Shown here: positions 36,772 to 50,210 of the stretch, in pieces
Layout: every line of letters begins with the position of its first letter
Numbering within the stretch: the stretch's first letter is position 1
From: Carcharhinus longimanus
Lineage: Eukaryota
NCBI GenBank assembly: GCA_030264375.1
Contig: JASCQW010000168.1
Span: 12,438,752 to 12,502,751 of the forward strand
Direction: 5' to 3'
Length of the DNA stretch: 64,000 nucleotides
The notes under the pieces: generated by a model
Told to the model about the DNA's origin: nothing
What the model saw: only the letters and a program-made list of their open reading frames with translations
The model's database searches: none
Translations under genes and position numbers: made by a program

Positions 36772-39700
36772 NNNNNNNNNNNNNNNNNNNNNNNNNNNNN
36801 NNNNNNNNNNNNNNNNNNNNNNNNNNNNNNNNNNNNNNNNNNNNNNNNNNNNNNNNNNNNNNNNNNNNNNNNNNNNNNNNNNNNNNNNNNNNNNNNNNNN
36901 NNNNNNNNNNNNNNNNNNNNNNNNNNNNNNNNNNNNNNNNNNNNNNNNNNNNNNNNNNNNNNNNNNNNNNNNNNNNNNNNNNNNNNNNNNNNNNNNNNNN
37001 NNNNNNNNNNNNNNNNNNNNNNNNNNNNNNNNNNNNNNNNNNNNNNNNNNCTCCTCTAATCTTTGAAAGATAATGGGTGACTGAGATCTCAGTTTAACAT
37101 CACATCTAAAAGGTAGTACCTTGGTTCCATTGTTAGCTGTCTGGCTGTCCTGACAATGTCTTCTATTCCTTGATTTGAATTGCGAGAGCTGAATTAAGCA
37201 AATCCTTTTCTTTGTATTTAGAACATTCATACTACCCGTCGTCAGTATGCAATTTAACAAAAAAAAATTTAATTGGCTCCTCTGCCCTCTTTAGAACAGG
37301 GATGTTCTTCTGTGATGTTGAATTTATCCACTCATAATGCGATGAGATCGAGTTGGAAAATTTTACGTAGCAGATGCAGATTTGCAGCTGATAAATTAGT
37401 ATAATTAATGCATTTTCCAAAGCATTATTAAAGCTGAATTTTAGAACTACCATTAGCTTTGGCACAAGTGTGAGATTAATAGCAATTGTGGGTGATTATC
37501 CTTTTAGATTATTATTACAAAATATAAGGGATTGCACCAACATGACCATTTTATTACCCCCAAGCAAGAGTGTTTGCAGTCATGATTTTTGGATGAAATG
37601 TTGAAATACATCTAACAATAAACCCCCATAATGGCTGCATGCTGAACTCAGTGTGATGAAAGAGCTCAGAATGGATCATTATTCAATAGTGTTGAACTAT
37701 TACTGAGTTGTTTTTAATCATCACAAATGGAGTACAATTCTATGCTTTAAAGTGTATGACATATTTCACTTCATACCTTACATGGCTTCGCCATACTTGT
37801 TTGGGGATTAAAATTTTTGTGAGCCTATATTGGTTCCTCATGGTGCATTTGAGCTTGAGTTGTTAAAGAAGGCCAAAACAAAGTTAGACAGGGTCACAAA
37901 AAATCTTTTGGGAAAGGAGCCTTGGAAAAGGAGATGGACAATGTTCAAACATTATTTTGGCTTAAATATTGCTACATATTTGTAACTGGAAAGGGATGTT
38001 GCAAATATCAGTTGTATTGAAAACAGAATTGAGTAATGTGTTCATGATGTTATGGTTAGATTCAGCATGTGGAGCTTTGACTATCAAGTCTCAAAGCCGA
38101 GTGTTTGTCATTTATTCTCTTAGCCACTCCTCACATCCAGCTGGGATAACGTTCCATGGGTGCTGTGGTAATCACCCAACTGCCATTTTCTTGTGTGATC
38201 CTGGATGTCAGCGGGCTAATAAACTGTGGAGTGAAATCTCACATATATGGCCTAATAGGATTCACTGCTGTGATCAGAAATGGAACTTTGTGTAACTTTG
38301 TTTTTTCCCTTCCATAGTCCAAAGTTGAGAGCCAGCTGTAAATCTTCCACGTTGACTGGATTGAGATTAGATAACTTAGTAAAGACCAGGGAACACATTT
38401 GGCATCTTGCTACTGTGTTTATTTCACTGGCATGCTGCAAAATATATTTACTCATTGAAGAATTGGGCCTGTTCTAGATTTGTCGATTCATCTGAATTTT
38501 GTACTCTTATCACTATTGTTTCCTTTCTTTACCAATATTATTATTCTCAGCCATACCCATGCCAGATCTTGATCTGCACTGAAGTCAATGAATCAAATAA
38601 ACCAATGAACAATTGGACTGCATAGATGTGAGCGAGTCAGAAGCAGTTTGTTTTCTTTAAACAACTATTAAATCCATTCTTTCTGCAACTTGTCTGAATT
38701 AAAGCAGAAGTCATGCTATATTTTCATTGTCACTGAGGATTCTGTTGCTAGTTGCGACTTCATGAAAGTTAACATTTTTGGGATCAGGAGAAGAGGAAAT
38801 TAATTTTGAAAATTAAAACTCTCTCTTTACCTGTATCCATCTTGTGGATAGTTTTTGCTAAGTAGCAGGAGTCAAGAAAGTTTCCTCCTCGGCCCGCCTA
38901 CCTCAGAGAAAGTGAGAGGAAAGATGTGATTTTTATTCTGGGGGTGCAGATTCACGCTGCAGTCAAACCAGTCAATCTGGGAATAATTCCAGAGGCATCT
39001 TCAGGGACTGCTCGTTTCAGGGGCAAGCTGTGTAAAAGGCCTACCTCAGTGCTGTGGAACTTTGCCTCAATTATAATAAAAACAGAAAAGTTCTCCTGCC
39101 CTTATCTCTCACACACTCATCATGCTCCATCTATGCCCTATTAAAATAGTGCATAAGAGGCCTGACTGAGACCCCAGGCATCCATTGAAATGGATGAGCC
39201 CCAGGGAAAGCATTGCTTATTGACAGCTCTGGCTCTCTGAGCTATGCTGCGAATTGCACAAGATCAAGAGGTTTCAAGTGCTTGCACTTTCTGTTATTGA
39301 TATTTTAAAGGGTCTGGATGATTGACACTTCTGTTGAGCTGTAGCAAAATGAATTTATTTGCATGAATTTATTCAACATCCTTTCAGAAATGTTTATGAG
39401 AGAGGCAATTGGTGGATACGAAGGTGCAATACCAATTGATGAAAGGTGAGTTTTGACTCATTGACATACTGATAACATTATTCTGCTCAATATTTAAGCG
39501 GCAGAGTTACATGAGTTGATCATCCTGATCAAGTTAATTTAGTCTCTGGATCAATGTCAAAAAGACAAAGATGATAGAGATGAGTGGAAAAAACAGCAAA
39601 ATTCTGTTTCATTGATTTCAGCTTCAACAGGTTGATGTCTTCCCGTAGCTTGGGTCACTCATTAAACAAAGTACAGACGCTACCAAAGAGATTTGCAAGG

Positions 39701-39969
39701 GTCACGGTGCAGTAAATTCACTCCAGAGTATGGAGTAGCCTCAGCATCTGCTTTCCAATGAAAGTCGATCTTCTAAGAGTCCTTGTGTGGCCAATGATAA
39801 TGCATGGCTGTGAATGCTGTACTGTCAAGAAGACTGCTTAGGTTTGGATAAGAGCATTTGAAATGAAAAGACTTAAATGAATGTTGTGTGTGTTATGGAT
39901 GGCCAGACAAACAAATGTGTGGGTTCTTAAAAAAGGAGGAGCTTGTTTGATGTAGTGATATCAAGGAGG

Positions 39970-40316
39970 CTTTTTTTAAAATTCATTAGTGGGACATGGA
40001 TGTCGCTGTCTGGCCAGCATTTATTGCCCATCCCTAGTTGCCTGACAGCAGTTGAGAGTCAACCACAGTACTGTGGCTCTGGAGCCACATGTAGGCCAGA
40101 CCAGATAAGGATGGCAAATTTCCATCCCTAAAGGATATTAGTGAATCGACAATTGACAACGGTTTCATGGTCATCAGTAGATTCTTAATTCCAGATTTTT
40201 ATTGAATTCAGATTCCACCATCTGCCATGGTGAGATTCAAACCTGTTTCCCCAGAGCATTAGCTGAGCTTCTGAATTAATTGCCTAGCGATAATACTACT
40301 AGGTCATCACCTCCCC
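39970..40316 (-). mobile_element. Bipartite SINE (head and tail of the 13090/18295/24875 LINE family)
   Basis: Minus strand gggaggtgatgacctagtagt...ggtttgaatctcacc...gtggttgactctcaactg joined to ggcaactagggatgggcaataaatgctggcc...A-rich end. Confidence 0.8.
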
Positions 40317-40323
40317 ATAACAT

Positions 40324-41356
40324 TGATTTGATTTATTATTGTCACATGTATTAGCATACATTGAAAAGTATTGTTTCTTGCATGTGATACCGTTCATAGA
40401 GAAGGAAATGAGAGAGTGCAGAACGTAGTGTTACAGTCATAGCTAGGCTGTAGACAAAGATCAAATTAAAAAAAGGTAGGTCCATTCAAAAGTCCGATGG
40501 CAACAGGGAAGAAGCTGTTCTTGAGTCAGTTGTCATGTGCTCTCAGACTTTTGTATCTTTTTCCTGACTGAAGAAGGTGGAAGAGAGAATGTCTGGGGTG
40601 TGTGGGGTCCTTAATTATGCTGGCTGNNNNNNNNNNGGTTTGCATGATGGAGTGGGCTACAGTCACGGTCTTTTGTAGTTTCTTGCTGTCTTGGGAAAAA
40701 AAGGAGCCATACCAAGCTGTGATACAACCAGGCAGAATGCTTTCTGTGGTGCATCAATAAAAGTTGGTGAGAGTCATGTAGCTGACATGCAAAATTTCCT
40801 TAGTCTTCCGAGAAAGTAGAGGCATTGGTGGGCTTTCTTAACTATAGTGAAAACCAGGACAGGTTGTTGATGATCTGGACACCTAAAAACTTGAAGCTCT
40901 CGACCCTTCCTACTTCATCCCCGTTGATGTAGTCAGGGTCATGTTCTCCTTTACACTTCCTGAAGTCAATGACAATCTCCTTCGTTTTGTTGATAGTGCG
41001 GGAGAGATTATTGTCACTGTATCAGTTCACCAGATTCTCTATCTCATTCCTATTCTCTGCCTTATCATTGTTTGAGATCTGTTCCAGTATGGTGGGGTCA
41101 TCAGTAAACTTGAAAATTGAATTGGAGGGGAATTTGGCCACACAGTCATAGGTGTATAAGGAATATAGCAGTGGGCTGAGAACACAGCCTTGTAGGGCAC
41201 CAATGTTGAGGATGATCGTGGAGGAGGTGTTGTTGCCTATCCTTACTGATTGTGGTCTGTATGTTAGGAAGTTCAGGGTCCAGTCGCAGAGGGAGGAACC
41301 AAGACCTAGGCCACAGAGTTTGGAGATGAGCTTCGTAGGAATAATGGTATTGAAGG
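40324..41356 (-). mobile_element. Rex1/Babar-type LINE, 5'-truncated, with 3' end and TSD
   Basis: [59 protein letters not shown]; 3' end tacatgtgacaataataaatcaaatca; TSD cataacat at 40316-40323 and 41357-41364. Confidence 0.85.
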
Positions 41357-42594
41357 CATAACATATGACATATTTTGGACATGTGCAGCGAACAGGAAGC
41401 CAGTGTTTGGGAAAAGAGGTAGTGCAAGGCCAAACACTTCGAGAAAAATGCACAAGGAAGAGCCAAGATGGCATGATAGATAATATCAGAAGATTGGCTG
41501 CTCTGTCTATGGTACAGGCAGTTCAGACAGCAGAAAATATAAATCACTGGAGTTATATTGTTCATAATGAACCCTCAGAACAACGACTGGTGAAAGAAAA
41601 ATGGACAGTAAAAACTTTAACAAAGTGGGAATTAATTTTTTAAAGCTTTTTTATATGCACCCTATTGGGTCTTTACAGTGTATAGTGGTGAATGGACATG
41701 AAAATGTCATAGCTTGGCATGGGGTACATGAGGGGACAAAAGGGAGGAGGTAAATGAGGCGGGGGGGGGCATTTGTTGACATGGATGGCATGAAGATGAT
41801 CTTTTGAACTTGCCTTTCAAAAAGCTCCCTCATGCAAATTATGGTTCATGACATCTCTGAAGTACCATAAACGATGACTTTTGAAAAGCTGGCTTGACTC
41901 CATGAAAATTGTGATGATTAGGGTGTGCCTATCTCCACAATGAAGCTGGCCAGGTGTGCTGGGCTCACAACCTGAAATAGCCCACATCCCTAAATGGCAC
42001 ACCACATAACTGGGAATCCTGAGAATGGGGTTGGGAATCCTGGAATCAGACCTACCATTATTTTTAAAGAGCAACTTGCAAAAATGCAGTGTTTGGGGTT
42101 TGATGTAAGTACTGTGCCTATTTTCCAGGAATAGAACAGGAATCTAAGCATCCAAAGTGGCGAAAGGTCAGTGAAGATTCTAGCACAAAAATTCAGGGTC
42201 TATGCCTGAATTCAGCTCTCTGCATGTTCAGGTGTTGGAAAACTCACAAATGATGGCAGTTTGTACAATGCATGCTTCGATTTGTAGTCTCGTGCATATA
42301 AGTGGGCAGCTATTGGATATGTTTTAATTCTTTTTATTCACCTTAATGTGAAACAAGACATTGGTATTTGCGACAAAAGGAACAGGCTCTGTATGAGCTG
42401 GTGTAATACACATGAGGGAGGAGAGAAACTGGAGTGAGAGGGCTACAGGTGCTGGGAGCAATTACAGGTGCATGGGGTTGACATTTGGGATGGAGCAAAT
42501 AAGGGTGAATGAGAACAAAGTGGGAAGAGCACACCGAAGTTCACGTGTGGTTTTGGACATATGAATGTACGTTCTACACTGTTGAATAGTACTA

Positions 42595-43165
42595 AACTGT
42601 AAAAAGGAAGTTCTGCTACAATTGTGTAGGGCTTTGATGAGGCCATACCTGGAGTACTGTTGTCTCTAAATCTGAAATAGGATCTTTGTCTTGAAGGCGA
42701 TGCAGCAAAGCCTGGGATAAAAGAGTTTTCCTAAATTGAGAGGTTGGGTACATTGAGCATATACTCTCTGAAATTTATAAGAATAAGAGGCTATCTCATT
42801 GAAATCTACAAGATTCTGAAGAGGTTTGACAGGGTAGGTACTGAGAGATCATTCTCCCTGACCAGGGAATCTAGAACACGGAAGGAATAATCTCAGGATA
42901 AAGGGTCGATTATTTAGGACTGAGATGAAGAGAAACCTCTTGTTGTGAATCATTGGAATTCTCTACCCCAGAGGAATGTAAGTGCTCCATCCTTGAGTAT
43001 ATTCAAAGCTGGGATAGATTTTTGATCTCTTCTGGATTCAAGGTGAAAGGAGAGCAGGCAGGAAAATGGAGTTGAGGCAGAACATCAGATACGATTGTAT
43101 GGAATGACAGAGCAGGCATGAGGGGCCATATAGCCTACTCCTGTTCCTATTTCTTATGCTCTTAA
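42595..43165 (+). mobile_element. CR1 LINE 3' fragment
   Basis: ttgtgtagggctttgatgaggccatacctggagtactgt (LMRPYLEYC)...agagcaggcatgaggggccatatagcctactcctgttcctatttcttatg. Confidence 0.8.
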
Positions 43166-45214
43166 ATTAAGGATCATGTTATCCTGTATAATGTAGCTTA
43201 TACTTGCTGTTAATTTGAAACTGTGCCATTTTAGTTTAATTGTCATTGAGTGAACAGCAGGGGAGGTCATAGTTTAATTGTTATTCAAGCTGCAGGTCAT
43301 AACCTTAGCTTATTTTTTAAGCTTTGATTTGTAAGGTCACTGAGACATTGGAGGCCTTTGCCAAATAGTACATTTGTTAATTGTTTTTAACATGATGTAG
43401 GAATTTGAGTGAGAGGCACAGGAAATGAGGGCCAATGTACTTCTCTTAAGGTATAAAATCTTTGGGGATTAATTGCAATGTGTTTCTCTTTTCAAGTCTT
43501 TCTATGGATCTAGTTTATCCCATATGCTCCCCGGCTTCGGTTATCATCTTTGAGCTATGCCAGATGGATACCATGGGTGACCACTGCTTTTATTTTGCCT
43601 CCTAATGTTTGGAGAAACACCAGACGACTTCTTGACATGCCCTCCTTTATCGCAGTTTTAGTTCAGGGTTTAGCATGTGATGAATCTCTGGAGTAAACCT
43701 GTGTCCTGAGCTTTGCTGCCTTACCACCATGTCCTCCATGCATGAGAGCATCATCCTGTGTGTGAAAGATGCTTAGGTGAAAATTAATTAACTTAGGTAC
43801 CGAAAATGGTTACCACGAGAGCATAATGTGGCACCATACTTGTCTATAATAATTTATGTAGCTATTAACATAACACACAAACTTATATATACATCTCTCT
43901 CTATTAACATATACAAATAAACATAGCAATCAGCATTTAAAAGTTTTTGAACCTTTTATACAGTAATTATTAAATGTTACATTAGCTATAAAACTAAAGG
44001 CACTCCCGACAAAACTCATTACATGCCAAAACAAGCCTAGCATCTCTTTCACTGAGGGTGTAGATTTTCTTGTTACAAACCAGACTTATCTATAAAGCTA
44101 TGAGATAGAGCCAAACAATTTATACACTGATAATGATGTGCCCATTGTAAATGATTTTGTCTATATCTAATATTTTCCTTTGCTGTTTCCTAAAACAAAG
44201 ACTATTATCTAAAATCCAGGTTGTCACTAATATTTGTCAGTTACGTATGAAATCCCCTGTGATGGGTCACATGGGGCCATGTACCACAGCCAGGATTAAA
44301 TCTGTGATTGGATCCACTTCTACAACTTAAATTACTGTTCTCTTATCTCAAGGTAACAGAGCGACTGTGGGCCTTGTCCCACTTTCTCCCAGATTGAATA
44401 AATGTCAGCAAAATTAATTTCATTGCCACTTAAATTAGCTCCTCAGTGTGATCTCCTGCTTCCTATCACTTCATTTCCTTAAGAATTAAATTTCCTTTTT
44501 ATGTATTTTATTTCAGAAGGGAAATTCCCAGAATTGCACATGCTATCAATAACCATTCCTCATTTCATGGAATTTACAAAGTCGAGAGCATGTTGCAGAA
44601 TGCAGTAATCTTTCACTTTAATAGTCCTTCACAGAGATAGCTAAAACTAATCTGATGTCTTGTTGCTTTTATTTTCTACATGCAGCCTCTGACTAGGAAA
44701 AAAAGTACTTTCATTAAACAGTAAGCACATATCTGATTAGCTTTGCTATCAAGAGATCCTCACTTGTACTTAATCTTCAACCTAATTTGAACAATCTCAT
44801 ATTATGCTTAATCATAGTCTTACAATATCAGGCTCCCTAAGAGGGTCTCAAGTTGTTTTTTTTGCTGATTCATTCCTGAAAAAGAACAATTACCCAAACT
44901 TGCAAATGTGCAACTCAGCATCTCAGCGGCATGCTTTGAGTAAAGATTTGAGAGAGGGTGCTTTATTGGACATTAAATCACAAGAATTGTGATCACTGTA
45001 CAGACAGTAGCAGATTACCTACAATTAAACATGCAGAACCAGGCATATGCATTGCCTAATTTAAAGTATATTAAAATAACAAATTGTGTTAGGAAAAATG
45101 AAAGCACCAATCTGGTTGAGTTTTACTTTCCCATTTTTGTAGATGAGGGCAGAGTCCTTTATCTCATCATTAGACGGAGCCTTTCCACTTTGCAGTATTT
45201 ACTACTTTATAGTT

Positions 45215-45670
45215 GCTATGTTTCACAGAGAAGAAATGTACACAAAGCTATTGTGGAAGGACTTAAGGGAGGTGGCATAGTATTTAAGGAGGCATAAAGA
45301 GGGGATGCAAACAACAAATTATAGACAGTAGAGCTGAGATGGCTGAAGGTTCTGCCATAGATGATGGAGTGAGAGATTGTGAGATACACAAAAGGCCACA
45401 ATCAGAAGATCAAAAAACATGGGCTGTAATGTAGTTTAGAGGAAATTGCAGAGGTAGGGTGGTGCGAGATACTGGAAGAATTTGTAAATGAGGACAAGGA
45501 TGTTGAATTTATTGTATTTGGGGATGAGAAAACAGTGAAATAGTTGAAAATGAAATGATAGATGACTGGGACAGGGTGTTGTTTGTGCAGCTTTTGGGTA
45601 AATTGATTTTAGTTTTAAAATTGCGGCTCAGGAACAAAGCGCTGGAGACATTCAGTCTGAAGGTAACAAA
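45215..45670 (-). mobile_element. L2-type LINE 3' fragment, old
   Basis: ggctgaaggttctgcca...gaaattgcagaggtagggtggtgcgagatactggaagaatttgtaaatgaggacaaggatgttgaatt...agtctgaaggtaacaaa; typical antisense L2 ORF2 end. Confidence 0.55.
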
Positions 45671-46765
45671 ATATCAAAAAACATATAAGTGTAGGTGATA
45701 AACACGCGACATAAGTTGCGTAGCTGGAATTGGTGATGTTTAAGATCGCATCTAAGCTCATAGCCAAAGAACAATTGGGCTAATCTTAACCAAGCTCACT
45801 TAGAAAACCCAGGCAATTTGGTGGAACACTGGTGTTACACCATTCTCAATAATATACTCCATTGGCTCCATTGTATTCCTGTCAGCAATTTTAAGTTAAA
45901 ATTGCTCCCATTGAGTTTGTGCTCTGACTGGTTCTGAGTGAGCTGCAAGGAAGAAAGATGGAGTTAAGAAAACAGTGCAAAGGGAAAGGGGAAAGTCCAG
46001 TTATTTAACTTGGGAAATGGAAGAAGCCAGGCACACAGCTTTTGGGGAGAAGGATTTCTGAAGAGGTTGGTGGGAAGGGCATTAGATGGATGTGCACTCT
46101 TGGGCAGTGTGCAGAAATTGGGAGAGGAAAGGAGCCAGATGTACATGAATGCTGGAGGAACAAGAGCAGGAGCACAAGCTGGTGCCAATTGGTGGAACCT
46201 AAGAGAAAAAATGTCTTGCATGAACCTGAGGAGAAAATAGGGCCAATTTTTCTTTCGACATTGATCAAGGCTGAGCAACTTGTGAACTAATTTGAACCGA
46301 TTTAAAATGTGCTGATCTCACTATGGAATATCTGAATTTGATGTATTTAACTAATGCCCTATGCTACGTAGCTGAGATTTTTTTTTTGTTCTTCTGAACA
46401 ATTTGCTTCTTACAAAAGATGTTTTAGGACGTGGAATACTGATAATTTATTTGCAAAACACTGCACAATCTTTCACTGGCACTTGTTGCCACCAGTCATC
46501 ACAATGCTGAAAGTGAATGAACACCTCTGAAATAAAAGGTGTTCTTTACTTGCCTCAAGCTATGTGAAAGTGACACCAGAATGTCCTCCATGACACCTCT
46601 TCCAGGTGTTCAGTACCTCATATCTCTGATCTCCCATTTACCACTGGAGGATTATTAACATAAGGAAGACTCATTATTGTGAATACTGCATTGAGAGTGT
46701 GTTTTTCTGAAGTAACCTTCTCCAACAATCTGCAGAAGAGAAAAAGTACAGAAGAACATCAACAA

Positions 46766-46992
46766 TCATAGAATCTACAGTGCAGAAGGAGGCCACTTGG
46801 CCCATCAAGCCTGCACCAACAACAATCCTACCCAGGCCCCATCCCCAAACCCCATATATATTTACTCTCCAAATACCCCTGACTCTAGGGTCAATTTAGC
46901 ATGGTCAATCAACCTAACCCGCACATCTTTGAACTGAGAGGAAACCGAAATCCACGCAGACACCGGGAGAATGTACAAACTCCACACAGTCA
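46766..46992 (-). mobile_element. HE1-like SINE, 5'-truncated
   Basis: catagaatctacagtgcagaaggaggccacttggcccatc...caatttagcatggtcaatcaacctaacccgcacatcttt...aaactccacacag. Confidence 0.8.
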
Positions 46993-48399
46993 CAACAGTA
47001 TGATCCCTCTTAAGAGAACCCAATGTGCGGGTGGGGAACAGATAAATTCCAGTGTGCCATCCATGCTCAGGTCAAAAAACAACAATGTCACGAGCAGACA
47101 AGCTGATGTGTAGAATTTCACTTCATATTTCTTTGGCAATCAGGGCAGCAATCACCAGAATGGAGACCAGTAGATTCATATTTACTGGTGCCGTCAACTG
47201 CAAGGGACCCTTATACCAGTAGCCTGTCACAGTTCATTGATGTAAAAACATCTTTACTGCATTCATAATTGTCCTTATAGTTGGTTGTGGAGAAGAATAA
47301 ACATATTCATCTCTGGGCCTTAGAAGCTTTCCAGGTCAGGTATAATCTAACACTTCATTGCTAATTTATAATTAAAACCATTTCATATTGGTAAATTGGC
47401 AAGGAAAGTACACGTTGTTTCCTAACAGCTGCCATTCGGTGTAGTTAGAATCCTTAAGTAGCTCCTGTTGCTTTGTTTCAAATTTATAAAAACCGTGTGT
47501 CTTATCCCCTGGAGTTGGTCTATAATACTTTTTATATTTGCCCGAAATTTCATCCTTAATGTTTCTTGACTGAAAACACATGGTAAACAGATTCTGTTAT
47601 TCAGCTGACACCATTTTTATTTCAAATTTGGCATCTTCCAACTGACATGAATGACAACTGTGGCAGCAATCACCTCCTCAAATCTCTCCTCGATGTCTCT
47701 CCTGGCTTCTGGCATCCTTTCTTTTTAAATTTCTATCAGATGAACATACTTTCTTTGGCATGCATTGTTGAATCTTTTCATGTTAGTTTATCGCTCCAGC
47801 AGGAGCCTTTGCCCTGCAATGCTATTTATTTTGTTTGCAACAGTTTCTCTTTTTCAAATTTATGTAAAACCAGGCACAGATCTGTTAGATTTTTTGTTGT
47901 TGCATTTTTTATTGCTTTGTTAGACGTACGCGAGACTCCAAGCTTTCTCGGAAAGGGAGGCCCAAGTGATGCTGATGAGGGCAGAGTTGAGAGTCAGAAA
48001 ATGGACAACTCTGAAAATTGTGCTGCCATACCACCAGCTTTTCAACCAACATAATGAATTTGGGCTGCAGTGAATGATTTAGTTCCTGCAGAAGGAACCT
48101 TTAGAGATTTATTTTATGATAAGTTTAAACTAAAGACAATTATCCCAGCAAAGGAGAAATTTGAAAATGACTCCACCATTTTACATGTTCCATTATTGGT
48201 GGTTTTTCCACATTCGCAGCTGAGTAATTAATACAAAATTATATGAACAATAGAAATTAAGGGTGTAAGACATAAGTGGTGGAATTTTCCAAAAATTGCA
48301 GAGAGTGCTGGAACAGATGAGAAAAGCTTTGTGAAGCTTGTTGGTTTCACAGCTGCCTTTTTTAGCCTGATCAAACAGCACTGTGTAATTTTAAAATGT

Positions 48400-49085
48400 T
48401 GGCCAGGATTGTAGGGGGGTGGGGGTAAGCTACCAGCAAACCTGGGATTCAGAGATCAAAGGGTGCCCTTTACAATCTCACAGTAAAATAAAGACCCTCC
48501 CCGTGGACATTGGGGTTGCCTCCCCTGCCCCCACCCACCTGTCCCCTCACCCCACCCACAAAATTAGGACCTCCCTTGGACATTGGGAACACCCCACATT
48601 TGCACCACATTTAGAGGGGCAAACCCCCATCAACACTGGAAAACTGGGGTGCCCATCCCACACACAAGGAAATCCCCAATAGGGTCAGGTTGCCCTGCTA
48701 AGGACAGTGCCAGGACACTTCTGCCACGTCCTGCACCACCTGAGTGCTGTACTTACCTCTGCACTCCCAGCATGGTCATCAGAATTGTTAATTTTGAAAA
48801 TCAGTAGTGATTCCTGCTGGTGTGATGTCACACCAGTGGAAGTGTAGTATTTGATGCTCTTGCAAGCAATGGTGTTAAGCCTTTAATGATATTTAAGTGG
48901 AGTCAATTCTATAGAAATCAGTTTATGCCTGGCTGTGAGTCTGATTACGTTGGCAATGAGGGGACAGGGAAGAGGGAAGATCTTAAACAGAGATCTTGCT
49001 GCCACAAATTCCATTCTGACCCTCCTGAGAGAGTTAGCGACCATAATGGGATTTGCGCCCATGGCAAAGGGAGAATCGCTCCCGA
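48400..49085. mobile_element. GC-richer non-autonomous repeat (MITE-like)
   Basis: Abrupt GC-rich block ending gggagaatcgctccc, with internal palindrome ctggtgtgatgtcacaccag; family unassigned. Confidence 0.35.
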
Positions 49086-49439
49086 GATTGGCTCCCTGAA
49101 AGTACCAATCTAACTGGGTGTATTCCTGGAGGATTCACCATATGATTGCTTGCTCCCAATTGCCCTGCTCGGTCATACAGCCATTTTATCAATCCCCAAT
49201 AGCCTAATATCCAGATACTGTTGAGATAATATAATGAATGTTCTCACCTGTGGTCTTTAACTCTCATTACACATCTTGGGTGCAACAGTGCACTGTATTG
49301 ATGTGCCTATAATGATGTTGTGCTGGTTAGTTAGCTTTGGAACTGACAGGTACAGAGGAGATCTCAATTTGTTAATTGCACTAATGCTCGGAGCTAATGG
49401 CCTTCATTAAGAAGGAGAAATATTGGTAAGTAGATATTA

Positions 49440-49845
49440 TGCAAAATAATGTTGCATCCCTGAAATTTAGAAGCTTTAATGGTGATTTGGTTAAAGTTTT
49501 CAAGATATTGAAGGGAATCAATAAAGTATTTAGAGAGAAACTATTTCCACCAACTGAGGATAAGGGGGCCAGAGGAGTAGCTTAAAAATGAGAACCAGTC
49601 CTTCCAAGTGTGAAATTAGGAAACATTTGTACATATAAAAAGTGATAGAAGCCTGGAAGTCTCAATGACAACTGATGGTAAATATCAGTGTTGGTTTGAA
49701 AACTGACATGAGGTTGTTCTGTTAACCAAAAATGTTCAGGATTTTGGGGCACGGGACCAATATGAAGTTGGGTTGCAGATTTGTCATGATCTTATTGAAT
49801 TGCAGAACGGTCTTGAGGGACTAAGTGGCCTCCTCCTGTTCCTGT
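49440..49845 (+). mobile_element. CR1 LINE 3' fragment
   Basis: ggtgatttggttaaagttttcaagatattgaaggg...gtgaaattaggaaacatt...ttgagggactaagtggcctcctcctgttcct. Confidence 0.65.
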
Positions 49846-49909
49846 GGTGGCTTGGATCATTTGTAAAAAGAAGCAGAAGGTAAATCTTGATAACTATTCC
49901 ATTGTTTCA

Positions 49910-50210
49910 GCATAGAACACAAGAACATCAAAGGTAGAAGTAGAAGTAGAGCATTTGGCTTCTTGAGCCAGCTCCGCCATTGATTATAGTTCATCCACTG
50001 CTTGAACTCTACTTTCCCATCTACTCTCCATTTACCTTGATTTGCTGAGAGACCAAAAATCTATCTCAGCCTTAAATATCTTCAGTGATGAAGCATCCAC
50101 AACATTCTGGATTACAGAAATCCCAAGGTCCACAACCCTTTGAGTGAAGAAATTTCTCCTCATCTCAGTCCTAAATAATTGTCCTCTTTTCTTGACTGTG
50201 TGCCCCTATA
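49910..50210 (-). mobile_element. CR1 LINE 3' fragment
   Basis: catagaacacaagaa...cttgagccagctccgccatt...caaccctttgagtgaagaaatttctcctcatctcagtcctaaa. Confidence 0.75.

Larger units (their letters stand above)
39365..41600 (+). mobile_element. RTE-clade LINE 3' portion split by nested SINE and Rex1 insertions
   Basis: LFNILSEMFMREAIGGYEG..HTDNIILL..INVKKTKM..LRVLVWPMIMHGCEC..IRAFEMK..MLCVLW..TNVWVL (39365-39965) resumes as [29 protein letters not shown] (41365-41600). Confidence 0.8.

Noticed and set aside
39388-39445. Perfect-looking exon (tttcag|...AAG|gtgagt, 58 bp)
   Set aside because: It lies inside RTE reverse-transcriptase coding sequence, is not a multiple of 3, and has no supporting neighbouring exons; exonisation cannot be claimed without RNA data
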